Below the pieces are notes generated by a model. It was not told the origin of the DNA. It made no database searches and saw only the letters and a program-made list of their open reading frames with translations. Position numbers and translations under genes: made by a program. Shown piece by piece: positions 9,812 through 17,403 of a stretch of 37,881 nucleotides of DNA. The stretch comes from a virus (lineage: Duplodnaviria > Caudoviricetes), in IMG/VR virus record IMGVR_UViG_3300022177_000054, positions 1-37,881 of that record; one strand, written 5' to 3'. Position 1 is the stretch's first letter, and every line of letters starts with the position of its first letter.

Positions 9812-10096
9812 ATGCTTGAAAAAGCTATAACGAAGAAGATTCTTGATTATTTAAAGTCTCTGGATAACTGCTTCGCTTTTAAGGAGCATGGTGGCAGATA
9901 TGGCACCGCAGGAATTCCAGATATCATATGCTGCTTTAATGGCAGGTTCATTGCCTTTGAGGTTAAAACCGACAAGGGCAAGTTGACAAAACTCCAAGAA
10001 ATCACAATACATAGAATCAAAGAGGCGAATGGCGAAGCTTTCAAAGTGACAAGTTTGGAAGAGGTTAAAAAAATACTTGAAAACTTGGAGGGTTAA
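9812..10096 (+). CDS. VRR-NUC domain nuclease
   Basis: AGIPDII...FEVK...LTKLQ PD-(D/E)xK pattern; 94 aa. Confidence 0.9.
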   Translation: MLEKAITKKILDYLKSLDNCFAFKEHGGRYGTAGIPDIICCFNGRFIAFEVKTDKGKLTKLQEITIHRIKEANGEAFKVTSLEEVKKILENLEG

Positions 10097-10099
10097 CCT

Positions 10100-10528
10100 A
10101 TGATGGCAAAAGAATATTTATCTCAAGCATTTAGGCTTGATCAGAGAATAAACAGCAAACTGGAGCAAGTGGCTAACTTAAGAGACTTGGCTACAAAAGC
10201 AACAGCGAGCATTCATGCAGAGCGCGTCAGCGGAACAAAGCAGCGCAGCCCAATGGAGAATGCCATCGTAAAGCTGATTGACCTGGAGCGTGAGATTGAT
10301 GCGGATATAGATAAGCTGGTGGATTTAAAGCGTGAGATTATTGGAGTGATAAACTCAGTAGAGCAGCCTGAGTATCACCTGCTTTTGGAGCTTAGATACT
10401 TAAGCTATAAGACGTGGGAAGAGATAGCTGAGGTGATGAACTACAGCTGGCGCAACGTTCACTATGTTCATTCAAAAGCACTAAAAACTGTGAAACTCGA
10501 CAGTTCTTTGCATGGTTTTGCACAGTAG
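10100..10528 (+). CDS. RinA/ArpU-like (DUF1492-type) late transcription activator
   Basis: AKEYLSQA N-terminus; LLELRY...WEEIAEVMNYS sigma-4-like HTH; last early gene. Confidence 0.8.
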   Translation: MMAKEYLSQAFRLDQRINSKLEQVANLRDLATKATASIHAERVSGTKQRSPMENAIVKLIDLEREIDADIDKLVDLKREIIGVINSVEQPEYHLLLELRYLSYKTWEEIAEVMNYSWRNVHYVHSKALKTVKLDSSLHGFAQ

Positions 10529-10542
10529 ACCTGTGATATTAT
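10507..10542 (+). promoter_or_regulatory. Putative activator-dependent late promoter
   Basis: TTTGCA direct repeats at 10507 and 10517; extended -10 TGaTATTAT at 10534-10542; no well-spaced -35. Confidence 0.5.
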
Positions 10543-10569
10543 ATAAACTGTAGAAGTAGCATAGATTAT

Positions 10570-10605
10570 AGCCCTTGAAGATTATATTTTCTGGGGCTTT
10601 CTTTA
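10570..10605 (+). terminator. Terminator-like hairpin in the late leader
   Basis: AGCCCTTGAAGAT-TAT-ATTTTCTGGGGCT followed by TTCTTT; imperfect stem. Confidence 0.4.
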
Positions 10606-10640
10606 TGCAGTTAAATAGAAAAATGATGGAGTTGATATAC

Positions 10641-10994
10641 ATGCCAATGAAACCAAAGAAGCCCTGCAGGCATCCAGGGTGTCCGCTGCTGACATCAGAT
10701 ACTTACTGTGAATTTCATGCAAGACTGCATGTGAATGATAGACCTAGTGCAAGAGAGCGTGGCTATGACAGCAGGTGGAGAAAAGCAAGTAAGATATATT
10801 TAAAAGCAAATCCTCTATGCAAACAATGTGAGAAGGAGGGGAAGCTAACGCAAGCTACAGTAGTTGATCACATTATACCTCACCGGGGTGATAAGGTCCT
10901 CTTCTGGGATGAAAGCAACTGGCAGCCTCTGTGTAAAAGATGCCACGATAGGAAGACTAGGATTGAGGACCAGCATCCAGAATATAATTATTAA
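10641..10994 (+). CDS. Terminase-associated HNH endonuclease
   Basis: RGYDSRW, CKQC, VVDHIIPHRG, NWQPLCKRCH motifs. Confidence 0.92.
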   Translation: MPMKPKKPCRHPGCPLLTSDTYCEFHARLHVNDRPSARERGYDSRWRKASKIYLKANPLCKQCEKEGKLTQATVVDHIIPHRGDKVLFWDESNWQPLCKRCHDRKTRIEDQHPEYNY

Positions 10995-11062
10995 ATAAAC
11001 ATGAAGCTGTTATGTAGCGCATGAACATTTGATTAAGACAGCACCATTTGGCAAAAGCAATC

Positions 11063-11150
11063 CCCTGGGGGGTACAAATCTCTACGCCTTATGCCCCAGG
11101 GACCGCCCGCCCACTCCGTGTGAAATTTCGCGAAATTAAACAAGGGGGGT
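11063..11150. other. Probable cos/packaging region
   Basis: GC-rich non-coding tract after HNH; inverted repeat CCCTGGGG/CCCCAGGG (11063-11101); perfect palindrome AATTTCGCGAAATT (11124-11137). Cut site cannot be fixed from sequence. Confidence 0.55.
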
Positions 11151-11312
11151 TATCCTTTTGATTTTAAAAAGACTGAAAACCCTGTAATACTAAGGCTCAA
11201 AGGCACATTTGAAATTGCGCAAAGGTATAACGGAAAAACGAAGGAAAATAACGCTAAAGCCATGTAATTAGTGGTTTTTAGCAGTTTTGTCGTTAAAACT
11301 ATAAATGCTCTT

Positions 11313-11359
11313 AAAACGCCATGGAAAGCTTGAAAAATAGCTATTCCAGGCGTTTTTTT
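11313..11359 (+). terminator. Long hairpin with U-tract
   Basis: AAAACGCCaTGGAAAGCT...AGCTaTTCCAGGCGTTTTTTT. Confidence 0.6.
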
Positions 11360-11402
11360 ATTGCTGCTTTCAATACTGCATGCGCAAAAAGGGATGTGAG
11401 AT

Positions 11403-11840
11403 GTGACTGAGATAGAAAGACAACAAATATATGATCTTCGCATAAAAGGGATTGGTTATAAGGCCATTGCGGCAGTGCTTGGAGTTTCCAGGGATAGTGT
11501 CCGTAGCTTTTGTGTAAGACATGGACTTGATGGAGATTCAAAGGTCGTATCCCTTAACGTAGAAGAAAAGATAAAAAAGCATATCCTCTGCGCCTGCTGC
11601 AATAAAATGATTAAGCAAAAGGATCATGGCAGAGCTAGACGATTTTGCTCTAATGAATGCCGTAGGAAATGGTGGAAGGATAATCCGCAGCGGCGAAATA
11701 AAAAAGCGACCGCAGTATATCACTACATATGTCCAAGCTGCAATAAGGAGTTTAGCTCTTATGGGAATAAAAAGAGAAAATACTGCAGTCATGAATGCTA
11801 TATAAAATCTAGATTTTGGAGTGATGAAGATGGAGTTTAA
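11403..11840 (+). CDS. HTH plus zinc-finger protein, paralog A
   Basis: GYKAIAAVLGVSRDSV HTH; CACC, FCSNEC, CPSC, YCSHEC. Confidence 0.8.
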   Translation: MTEIERQQIYDLRIKGIGYKAIAAVLGVSRDSVRSFCVRHGLDGDSKVVSLNVEEKIKKHILCACCNKMIKQKDHGRARRFCSNECRRKWWKDNPQRRNKKATAVYHYICPSCNKEFSSYGNKKRKYCSHECYIKSRFWSDEDGV

Positions 11841-13068
11841 AAAACTTAGAATAGATGAATTGATACCAGCTAGCTACAATCCCAGAAAAAAGCTAAAGCC
11901 GGGAGATAGTGAGTTTGAAAAGATAAAAAACAGCATTACAGAGTTTGGCTATGTAGACCCTGTTATCGTCAATAAAGATTTGACGGTTATAGGGGGCCAT
12001 CAAAGGCTGACTGTTTTAAAGGAGCTTGGATATTCAGAAATAGACTGCGTGGTTATTGAGATCGACAAGACGAAGGAAAAAGCGCTAAATATTGCTCTCA
12101 ATAAAATAAGTGGCGAATGGAACAAGGAGCTCCTGGCTGATCTTATCAAGGATTTACAGTCTCTTGACTATGATATTGAATTTACAGGGTTTGAGCCTCC
12201 GGAGATCGATCAGCTTTTCAATGAAGTCCACGATAAGGACATCAAAGACGATGACTTTGATTTGGATGCAGAATTAGAAAATGGAGATGAACCCTTATCA
12301 AGACTAGGAGATTTGTGGCTTTTAGGCAGACACCGCCTTGTATGTGGCGATAGTACTGTTTCTGAAACTTACGAAACGCTGATGGATGGGAAAAAGGCAA
12401 ACCTTATTGTTACGGATTTACCTTACAACGTGGATTACAAAGGAGCAGCCGGAAAAATTAAAAATGACAACATGGGAGATAAAGAGTTTTATGAGTTTCT
12501 TTTAAAGTCTTATAAAAATATGTATGAGAATGTAGAAGATGGTGCGGCAGCGTATATTTTTCACGCAGATAGAGAAACAGTTAATTTTAGAACTACCCTC
12601 AAGGATGCAGGTTTCTTTTGTCACCAAACATGTATATGGGTGAAGAATTCTCCTGTGCTTAATCGCTGTGACTATTTGTATGCCCATGAACCCATACTCT
12701 ATGCATGGAAGCCAACAGCTGGACATAAGTTTTATGGAGATAGGAAGCAAAGAACGGTTTGGAACTTTGATAGACCTACTAGCTCAAAACTTCATCCGAC
12801 AATGAAACCCTTGCAATTATTAGCATACCCTATAAAGAACTCTAGCCTTTCAAACTGTATCGTCTTAGATCCTTTTGGAGGGTCTGGCAGCACTTTAATT
12901 AGCAGTGATCAGACTAATAGGATCTGCTACACGATTGAATTAGATGAGAAGTTTGTTGATGTTATTGTCAAACGCTACATCGAACATGCAGGAACTGATC
13001 AGAACGTTTTTTTGATAAGGAATGGCGAAAAAATTAAATATTGCGATTTAGACAAACCAAATAGATAG
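11830..13068 (+). CDS. ParB-N domain fused N6/N4 DNA methyltransferase (beta class)
   Basis: YNPR...IGGHQRL ParB-like region; motif IV DLPY; HPTMKP; motif I DPFGGSGS. Confidence 0.9.
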   Translation: MEFKKLRIDELIPASYNPRKKLKPGDSEFEKIKNSITEFGYVDPVIVNKDLTVIGGHQRLTVLKELGYSEIDCVVIEIDKTKEKALNIALNKISGEWNKELLADLIKDLQSLDYDIEFTGFEPPEIDQLFNEVHDKDIKDDDFDLDAELENGDEPLSRLGDLWLLGRHRLVCGDSTVSETYETLMDGKKANLIVTDLPYNVDYKGAAGKIKNDNMGDKEFYEFLLKSYKNMYENVEDGAAAYIFHADRETVNFRTTLKDAGFFCHQTCIWVKNSPVLNRCDYLYAHEPILYAWKPTAGHKFYGDRKQRTVWNFDRPTSSKLHPTMKPLQLLAYPIKNSSLSNCIVLDPFGGSGSTLISSDQTNRICYTIELDEKFVDVIVKRYIEHAGTDQNVFLIRNGEKIKYCDLDKPNR

Positions 13069-13071
13069 CGA

Positions 13072-13947
13072 ATGGCTATTTTGTTGCAATGGAGGAATAT
13101 TAATGGGGTGAAAGCAAATATCAAAGGCCAGCGATTTGGTAAGTTGCTAGCAATTGAAGAAACAAGTGGTAGAGACGATTCTGGTTCTATAATTTGGAAG
13201 ATGAAATGTGATTGTGGCAATGAACACTATATTTCAGTAAGAGGTTTGAGATACAGACAAACAAAATCATGTGGGAGATGTACTTCGGTAAAATATAGAA
13301 CTATCGGTAAAATAACTCGTGGCATATACAGTGATGGTACTTATTTTTTATTCGATACTGAAGACCTGGATAGAGTTAAAAAGCATTATTGGTCGCGAAG
13401 CGGTAATGGTTACATCCATTCTTCAATCAATGGGAAGTATACCTGCTTACACCGATTTATTCTAAGGGAAGCAAAACAGCCTGATTTACTAATCGATCAT
13501 ATCAATAGAAATAGATGGGATAATAGAAAAGAAAACCTGCGCTTAATCGATACGGTAGGTAATAGCTTAAACAAAACCATTGATAAGACGGGGAGAACTT
13601 CAATTTATAGAGGTGTATGCTGGGATAAAGCCAGGAATAAGTGGAGAGCAGAAATTGCCGTAGGTAGAAAATATAATCTAGGGCGATTTAGTAGTGAAGA
13701 AGAAGCTGCAATGGCATATAATCATGCGGTTTATCTTCTAGCATCAGAGTTTGTAGATTACAATGATGTACCAGAAGCACCTAGGTGGATTAAAGATAGC
13801 GTATATGAAAAATGCAGTCGCCATTTCGATAAGGCGGCTGTTTCTATTTTAGAGGATAAATCTAAAGAAATACCAGGAGTTGAAGGGGCATTTTTAGTTT
13901 GTAACAAAGATAAGATCCCCTGCAAAGAGGCACTTCTAAATGCATAA
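13072..13947 (+). CDS. HNH-AP2 homing-endonuclease-like protein
   Basis: GQRFGKL...CDCG N-terminus; IDHINRNRWDNRKENLR HNH; YRGVCW...WRAEI...LGRFSSEEEAAMAYN AP2. Start may be GTG 13108. Confidence 0.85.
   Translation: MAILLQWRNINGVKANIKGQRFGKLLAIEETSGRDDSGSIIWKMKCDCGNEHYISVRGLRYRQTKSCGRCTSVKYRTIGKITRGIYSDGTYFLFDTEDLDRVKKHYWSRSGNGYIHSSINGKYTCLHRFILREAKQPDLLIDHINRNRWDNRKENLRLIDTVGNSLNKTIDKTGRTSIYRGVCWDKARNKWRAEIAVGRKYNLGRFSSEEEAAMAYNHAVYLLASEFVDYNDVPEAPRWIKDSVYEKCSRHFDKAAVSILEDKSKEIPGVEGAFLVCNKDKIPCKEALLNA
13814..13850 (+). terminator. Terminator-like hairpin inside the 3' end of the HNH-AP2 ORF
   Basis: GCAGTCGCC-N10-GGCGGCTGT then TTCTATTTT. Confidence 0.45.
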
Positions 13948-13949
13948 AA

Positions 13950-14001
13950 GACTTGCTATTACCTGTGTTTAGAGTGATTAATAGAGTAACAAAAACACAG
14001 G
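13950..14001 (+). repeat. Cassette leader repeat copy 1 (33-bp core plus hairpin arm)
   Basis: GACTTGCTATTACCTGTGTTTAGAGTGATTAAT at 13950-13982; CCTGTGTTT pairs with AAACACAGG at 13993-14001. Confidence 0.95.
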
Positions 14002-14005
14002 AGGG

Positions 14006-14326
14006 ATGGATATGGACGCGTTATTTGCAAGGAAAGCCGAAAATTTTGAAGAACTCAAAGAGCTTACTAGGGAAGCGGTTCAAGACAAATGTGAGGGAAC
14101 ACCATATGAGGTGACAAGAGAGGTTCTAATGAGTGATGCGGCCTTCAGGGAATTTGCAGAGGACCTGCTGAAAGACCAGCCTTGGATTGACAAAAGAGAT
14201 GGCGGCACAAATAGAAACGGCGAGATAAGATGCATCAGAGTTAAAAATCGGGACACCGGAGAAAAGGTACTTGTAAATCCGGAAGGATATGATTATCCGA
14301 GATACACAGCTTTGGAACTTGAATAA
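14006..14326 (+). CDS. Hypothetical acidic protein with C-terminal EGYxYxRY motif
   Basis: Monocistronic between repeat copy 1 and a terminator; start ATG 14006 or 14012. Confidence 0.75.
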   Translation: MDMDALFARKAENFEELKELTREAVQDKCEGTPYEVTREVLMSDAAFREFAEDLLKDQPWIDKRDGGTNRNGEIRCIRVKNRDTGEKVLVNPEGYDYPRYTALELE

Positions 14327-14343
14327 GCCCTTCGGGGCTTTTT
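14325..14343 (+). terminator. Intrinsic terminator
   Basis: AAGCCC-TTCG-GGGCTTTTT. Confidence 0.85.
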
Positions 14344-14371
14344 CACATTTAATTCGATATAAGGCCTAAAA

Positions 14372-14425
14372 GACTTGCTATTACCTGTGTTTAGAGTGAT
14401 TAATGTAGTAACAAAAAACACAGGT
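14372..14425 (+). repeat. Cassette leader repeat copy 2
   Basis: Identical 33-bp core at 14372-14404; ACCTGTGTTT pairs with AAACACAGGT at 14416-14425. Confidence 0.95.
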
Positions 14426-14442
14426 TAAAGGAGGTCAGAGGC

Positions 14443-15309
14443 ATGAAAACCCAGAGCTTTGGAATCGAGATAGAATTTACGGGTATAACAAGAGCAAAAG
14501 CGGCAAAAGTGATAAGCGCATACTTTGGAACAAGAGCTGCCCACATAGGCGGAGGCTACGATGCATACGCAGTGGAAGACAGCGAGGGTAGAACCTGGAA
14601 GATAGTAAGGGATGCGAGCATAACAATTGAAAGAGGCGAACAGGTGGAGCTGGTAAGCCCAATTTGCAGATATGAAGACATAGAAACCATACAGGAGCTT
14701 GTCAGAAAGTTAAGAGCAGCTGGCGCAAAGTCGAATAGTTCATGTGGACTCCATATACATGTGAACGCGGCGCCCCACACGGCTAGAAGCCTTAGAAATT
14801 TAGCAAACATAATGGCCAGCAAAGAGGACCTTATATTCAAGGCCCTGGCAGTGGAGGAGGGCAGGGCACGCCGCTACTGCAAAAAGGTGGATGAGAGCTT
14901 CATTGAAGAAATCAACCGCAAGAAGCCTCAGACTCTCGATGAAGTCAAATGCATTTGGTACCATGGCGGTGACGGTAGCAGACAGCATTACCACGAAAGC
15001 CGCTACCACGCACTTAACCTTCACAGTGTTTTTCAAAAGGGCACCATAGAATTTAGAATGTTCAACAGTGACATAAAGCACGCCGGCAAGATAAAAGCGT
15101 ATATACAGTTTTGCCTGGCAATAAGCCATCAGGCTCTGACTCAAAAATCGGCAAGCAAGGCCAAGACGATAACCGACAACCCCAAATACACATTCAGGAC
15201 CTGGCTGCTCAGGCTGGGACTTATAGGGGACGAATTCAAAACAGCCAGGAAGCACCTTTTGGCGAACCTTGAAGGAGATATAGCATGGCGACAAACACCT
15301 GCAGCGTGA
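14443..15309 (+). CDS. Amidoligase (COOH-NH2 ligase type 2, glutamine-synthetase-like fold)
   Basis: FGIEIE, DASI, ELVSP, SCGLHIH, RYHALN and TIEFR motifs. Confidence 0.9.
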   Translation: MKTQSFGIEIEFTGITRAKAAKVISAYFGTRAAHIGGGYDAYAVEDSEGRTWKIVRDASITIERGEQVELVSPICRYEDIETIQELVRKLRAAGAKSNSSCGLHIHVNAAPHTARSLRNLANIMASKEDLIFKALAVEEGRARRYCKKVDESFIEEINRKKPQTLDEVKCIWYHGGDGSRQHYHESRYHALNLHSVFQKGTIEFRMFNSDIKHAGKIKAYIQFCLAISHQALTQKSASKAKTITDNPKYTFRTWLLRLGLIGDEFKTARKHLLANLEGDIAWRQTPAA

Positions 15310-15374
15310 AGATAAAAGGGCACACGGGGCACGCAGTCCGCCCCTGATTGCACTTAAAGAGGAGGACCTTGGTC

Positions 15375-15818
15375 ATGAACGAAAAGACATTATATATCGC
15401 ATATGGTAGCAATCTCAACATCGGGCAAATGGCACAGCGCTGCCCAAGCGCAAAGCTTGTCGGGGAAAGCACCATAGAAGGCTACCGGCTTTTATTCAGA
15501 GGCGGCAGGGAAAGGGCAGTGGCCACAATCGAAAAGCAAGAGGGAGGCAAAGTTCCTATTCTGATTTGGCAGCTTGAAGAAAGCGATGAAGAGGCCCTGG
15601 ATATATACGAAGGCCATCCGTTTTTCTACCGTAAGGAGTGGATGTACGTTGATGTAGATGGAGAGAGTATGAAGGCTATGGTCTACATCATGAATGGAGG
15701 CAGAGTGCTTGGAGCGCCAAGCAAGCTCTACTACGACATAATCCTCCAGGGCTATAAGAGTGCTGGATTTGATGAGGGCATATTGGAAGAGGCGCTCAGG
15801 GTTTCAACCAGAAAATAA
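15375..15818 (+). CDS. Gamma-glutamylcyclotransferase (AIG2-like)
   Basis: YIAYGSNL and LDIYEG motifs; GGAGG RBS before ATG 15375. Confidence 0.9.
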   Translation: MNEKTLYIAYGSNLNIGQMAQRCPSAKLVGESTIEGYRLLFRGGRERAVATIEKQEGGKVPILIWQLEESDEEALDIYEGHPFFYRKEWMYVDVDGESMKAMVYIMNGGRVLGAPSKLYYDIILQGYKSAGFDEGILEEALRVSTRK

Positions 15819-15838
15819 GTTGGGCGACAATCACAAAT

Positions 15839-15891
15839 GACTTGCTATTACCTGTGTTTAGAGTGATTAATGTAGTAATCAAAGACACGGG
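15839..15891 (+). repeat. Cassette leader repeat copy 3
   Basis: Identical 33-bp core at 15839-15871; right arm AGACACGGG. Confidence 0.95.
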
Positions 15892-15901
15892 AGGGATTAG
15901 A

Positions 15902-16639
15902 ATGAACAGAAAAGAAATTGTAAAAGCGCTCGAGGAGCATTTTGACGTCAAGGCAAAGTATGAAGGGGCACCGACATTTGCATACAGACTTGAACTGGCG
16001 ACAGAAGCTTACATTATCGATAAAGATGGAGTAATTAAGAATTTCAAAGGGGACGAGATGAATTTAGATAGGATTCTAAATGGGGAAGCTGAACCATCAG
16101 AGGAAGACAATTCCATTATTTCTGGAGTCGAGGTTGCACTCTTGCTTGAAGGGCACACCGGAGTGAGCCTACGCAACTTAGTGAATATGCTCTCAAGTAA
16201 ACAGAGATTGATTGTCAGGGCATTTAACCTGAGAGAACTTCTTATCGGTGAGGACCTGGCAGAAAAGTTAAGCCATAAAGAAATAGTCTCAATCGAGGAC
16301 TTTAAAGAAGCGCTCTATGAGGCGGGAGCGGATAGCTACCCTGGGATAAGTTTTGACTTTGAAAATGGAATGGTGGTCTTCAGGCTGATGCTTGAAAATC
16401 CAGAAAGGGAAAAGGTTGAGGCTTTTACAGTATTGATGGACTTTGTAAATAAGAATGCAAAAGCGCTAAAGCATGCGTCCTTTAAACCTGCGCAGGAGGA
16501 TAATCCCAAATACGCTTTAAGGACTTGGCTGATAAGGCTTGGAATGAATGGTAGCGAGTACAAAGCCATAAGAAAGACATTGCTTGCCAATCTCGAAGGC
16601 AGCGGGGCGTTCAGGACGGAGGGAGGAAGATATGAATAA
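15902..16639 (+). CDS. Degenerate amidoligase paralog lacking catalytic motifs
   Basis: Shares HTxxSLRNLxN and DNPKYxxRTWLxRLG...LLANLEG with the 14443 protein. Confidence 0.75.
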   Translation: MNRKEIVKALEEHFDVKAKYEGAPTFAYRLELATEAYIIDKDGVIKNFKGDEMNLDRILNGEAEPSEEDNSIISGVEVALLLEGHTGVSLRNLVNMLSSKQRLIVRAFNLRELLIGEDLAEKLSHKEIVSIEDFKEALYEAGADSYPGISFDFENGMVVFRLMLENPEREKVEAFTVLMDFVNKNAKALKHASFKPAQEDNPKYALRTWLIRLGMNGSEYKAIRKTLLANLEGSGAFRTEGGRYE

Positions 16640-16844
16640 AGACACCTTCTTCACACAGAAATTTTGCGACAGGTGCAAAGGGACCCTGGAGAACGGTAGA
16701 ATAATGTCGATGCTCAACACGGACTGCATTTGCATGGACTGCAAGGAAAAAGAAATGCTCAGCAGCGATTATGATGCGGCTAGGAAAGCGGAGCACGAGG
16801 AGATAAAAAAGGGCAACTACAACTTCAAGGGCATCAAAGGCTAA
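16632..16844 (+). CDS. Small zinc-ribbon protein
   Basis: CDRC and CMDC; GGAGG RBS; overlaps the upstream stop. Confidence 0.75.
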   Translation: MNKDTFFTQKFCDRCKGTLENGRIMSMLNTDCICMDCKEKEMLSSDYDAARKAEHEEIKKGNYNFKGIKG

Positions 16845-16860
16845 AATGAATTTTGAAAAT

Positions 16861-16887
16861 GAGCTTGTCGGAAGATGGGCTCTTTTT
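16861..16887 (+). terminator. Intrinsic terminator closing the cassette array
   Basis: GAGCTTGTC-GGAA-GATGGGCTC-TTTTT. Confidence 0.7.
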
Positions 16888-16917
16888 CTTGCGCGAATTT
16901 GCGAAGGAGGTGACCCC

Positions 16918-17403
16918 ATGGCGGCCAGAGGAAGAAAACCAAAACCTACTGAACTAAAAATACTCGAAGGCAATCCAGGCAAAAGGCCTATAAACACGCA
17001 AGAACCAATACCAAATAAGAAGGCTCCGAGATGCCCGGCATGGCTTGAACCTGAAGCTAAAAAGGAATGGAGAAGGACTGCCAAGCAATTAGAAGAACTG
17101 GGCATTTTAACTGAAGTTGATATGGCTGCATTTGCAGGGTACTGTCAAGCTTATGCTAGGTGGAAAGAAGCTGAGGAGTTTATATCTAAGCATGGAACGA
17201 TTGTAAAAACTCCATCTGGATATTGGCAGCAGGTGCCGCAGGTATCAATTGCTCAAACGTATCTAAAAATCATGAATAAATTCTGTGAACAGTTTGGCCT
17301 TACTCCATCGGCAAGAAGTAGAATTGTTGCCGATAAAGGTCAACAAAATTTAGACGATCCTATGGAGCTTATTCTACTGAGTGGAGGTAAAAAAGGTGTT
17401 TGA
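16918..17403 (+). CDS. terS: Terminase small subunit, P27 family
   Basis: RGRKPKPT...GNPGKR N-terminus; FGLTPSAR; AAGGAGGTGA RBS. Confidence 0.92.
   Translation: MAARGRKPKPTELKILEGNPGKRPINTQEPIPNKKAPRCPAWLEPEAKKEWRRTAKQLEELGILTEVDMAAFAGYCQAYARWKEAEEFISKHGTIVKTPSGYWQQVPQVSIAQTYLKIMNKFCEQFGLTPSARSRIVADKGQQNLDDPMELILLSGGKKGV

Noticed and set aside
11150-11443. Minus-strand 97-aa ORF near the cos region
   Set aside because: No motif; overlaps a hairpin and the 11403 gene; the region looks non-coding.
13950-15871. 33-bp identical repeats as a CRISPR array
   Set aside because: Copies start 422 and 1467 bp apart with whole genes between them; no cas genes.
15842-15901. Upstream extension of ORF 15842-16639; similarly 16846, 10575, 3943 and 1493 starts
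   Set aside because: Extensions run through repeat, terminator or promoter sequence; downstream starts have clear RBSs.
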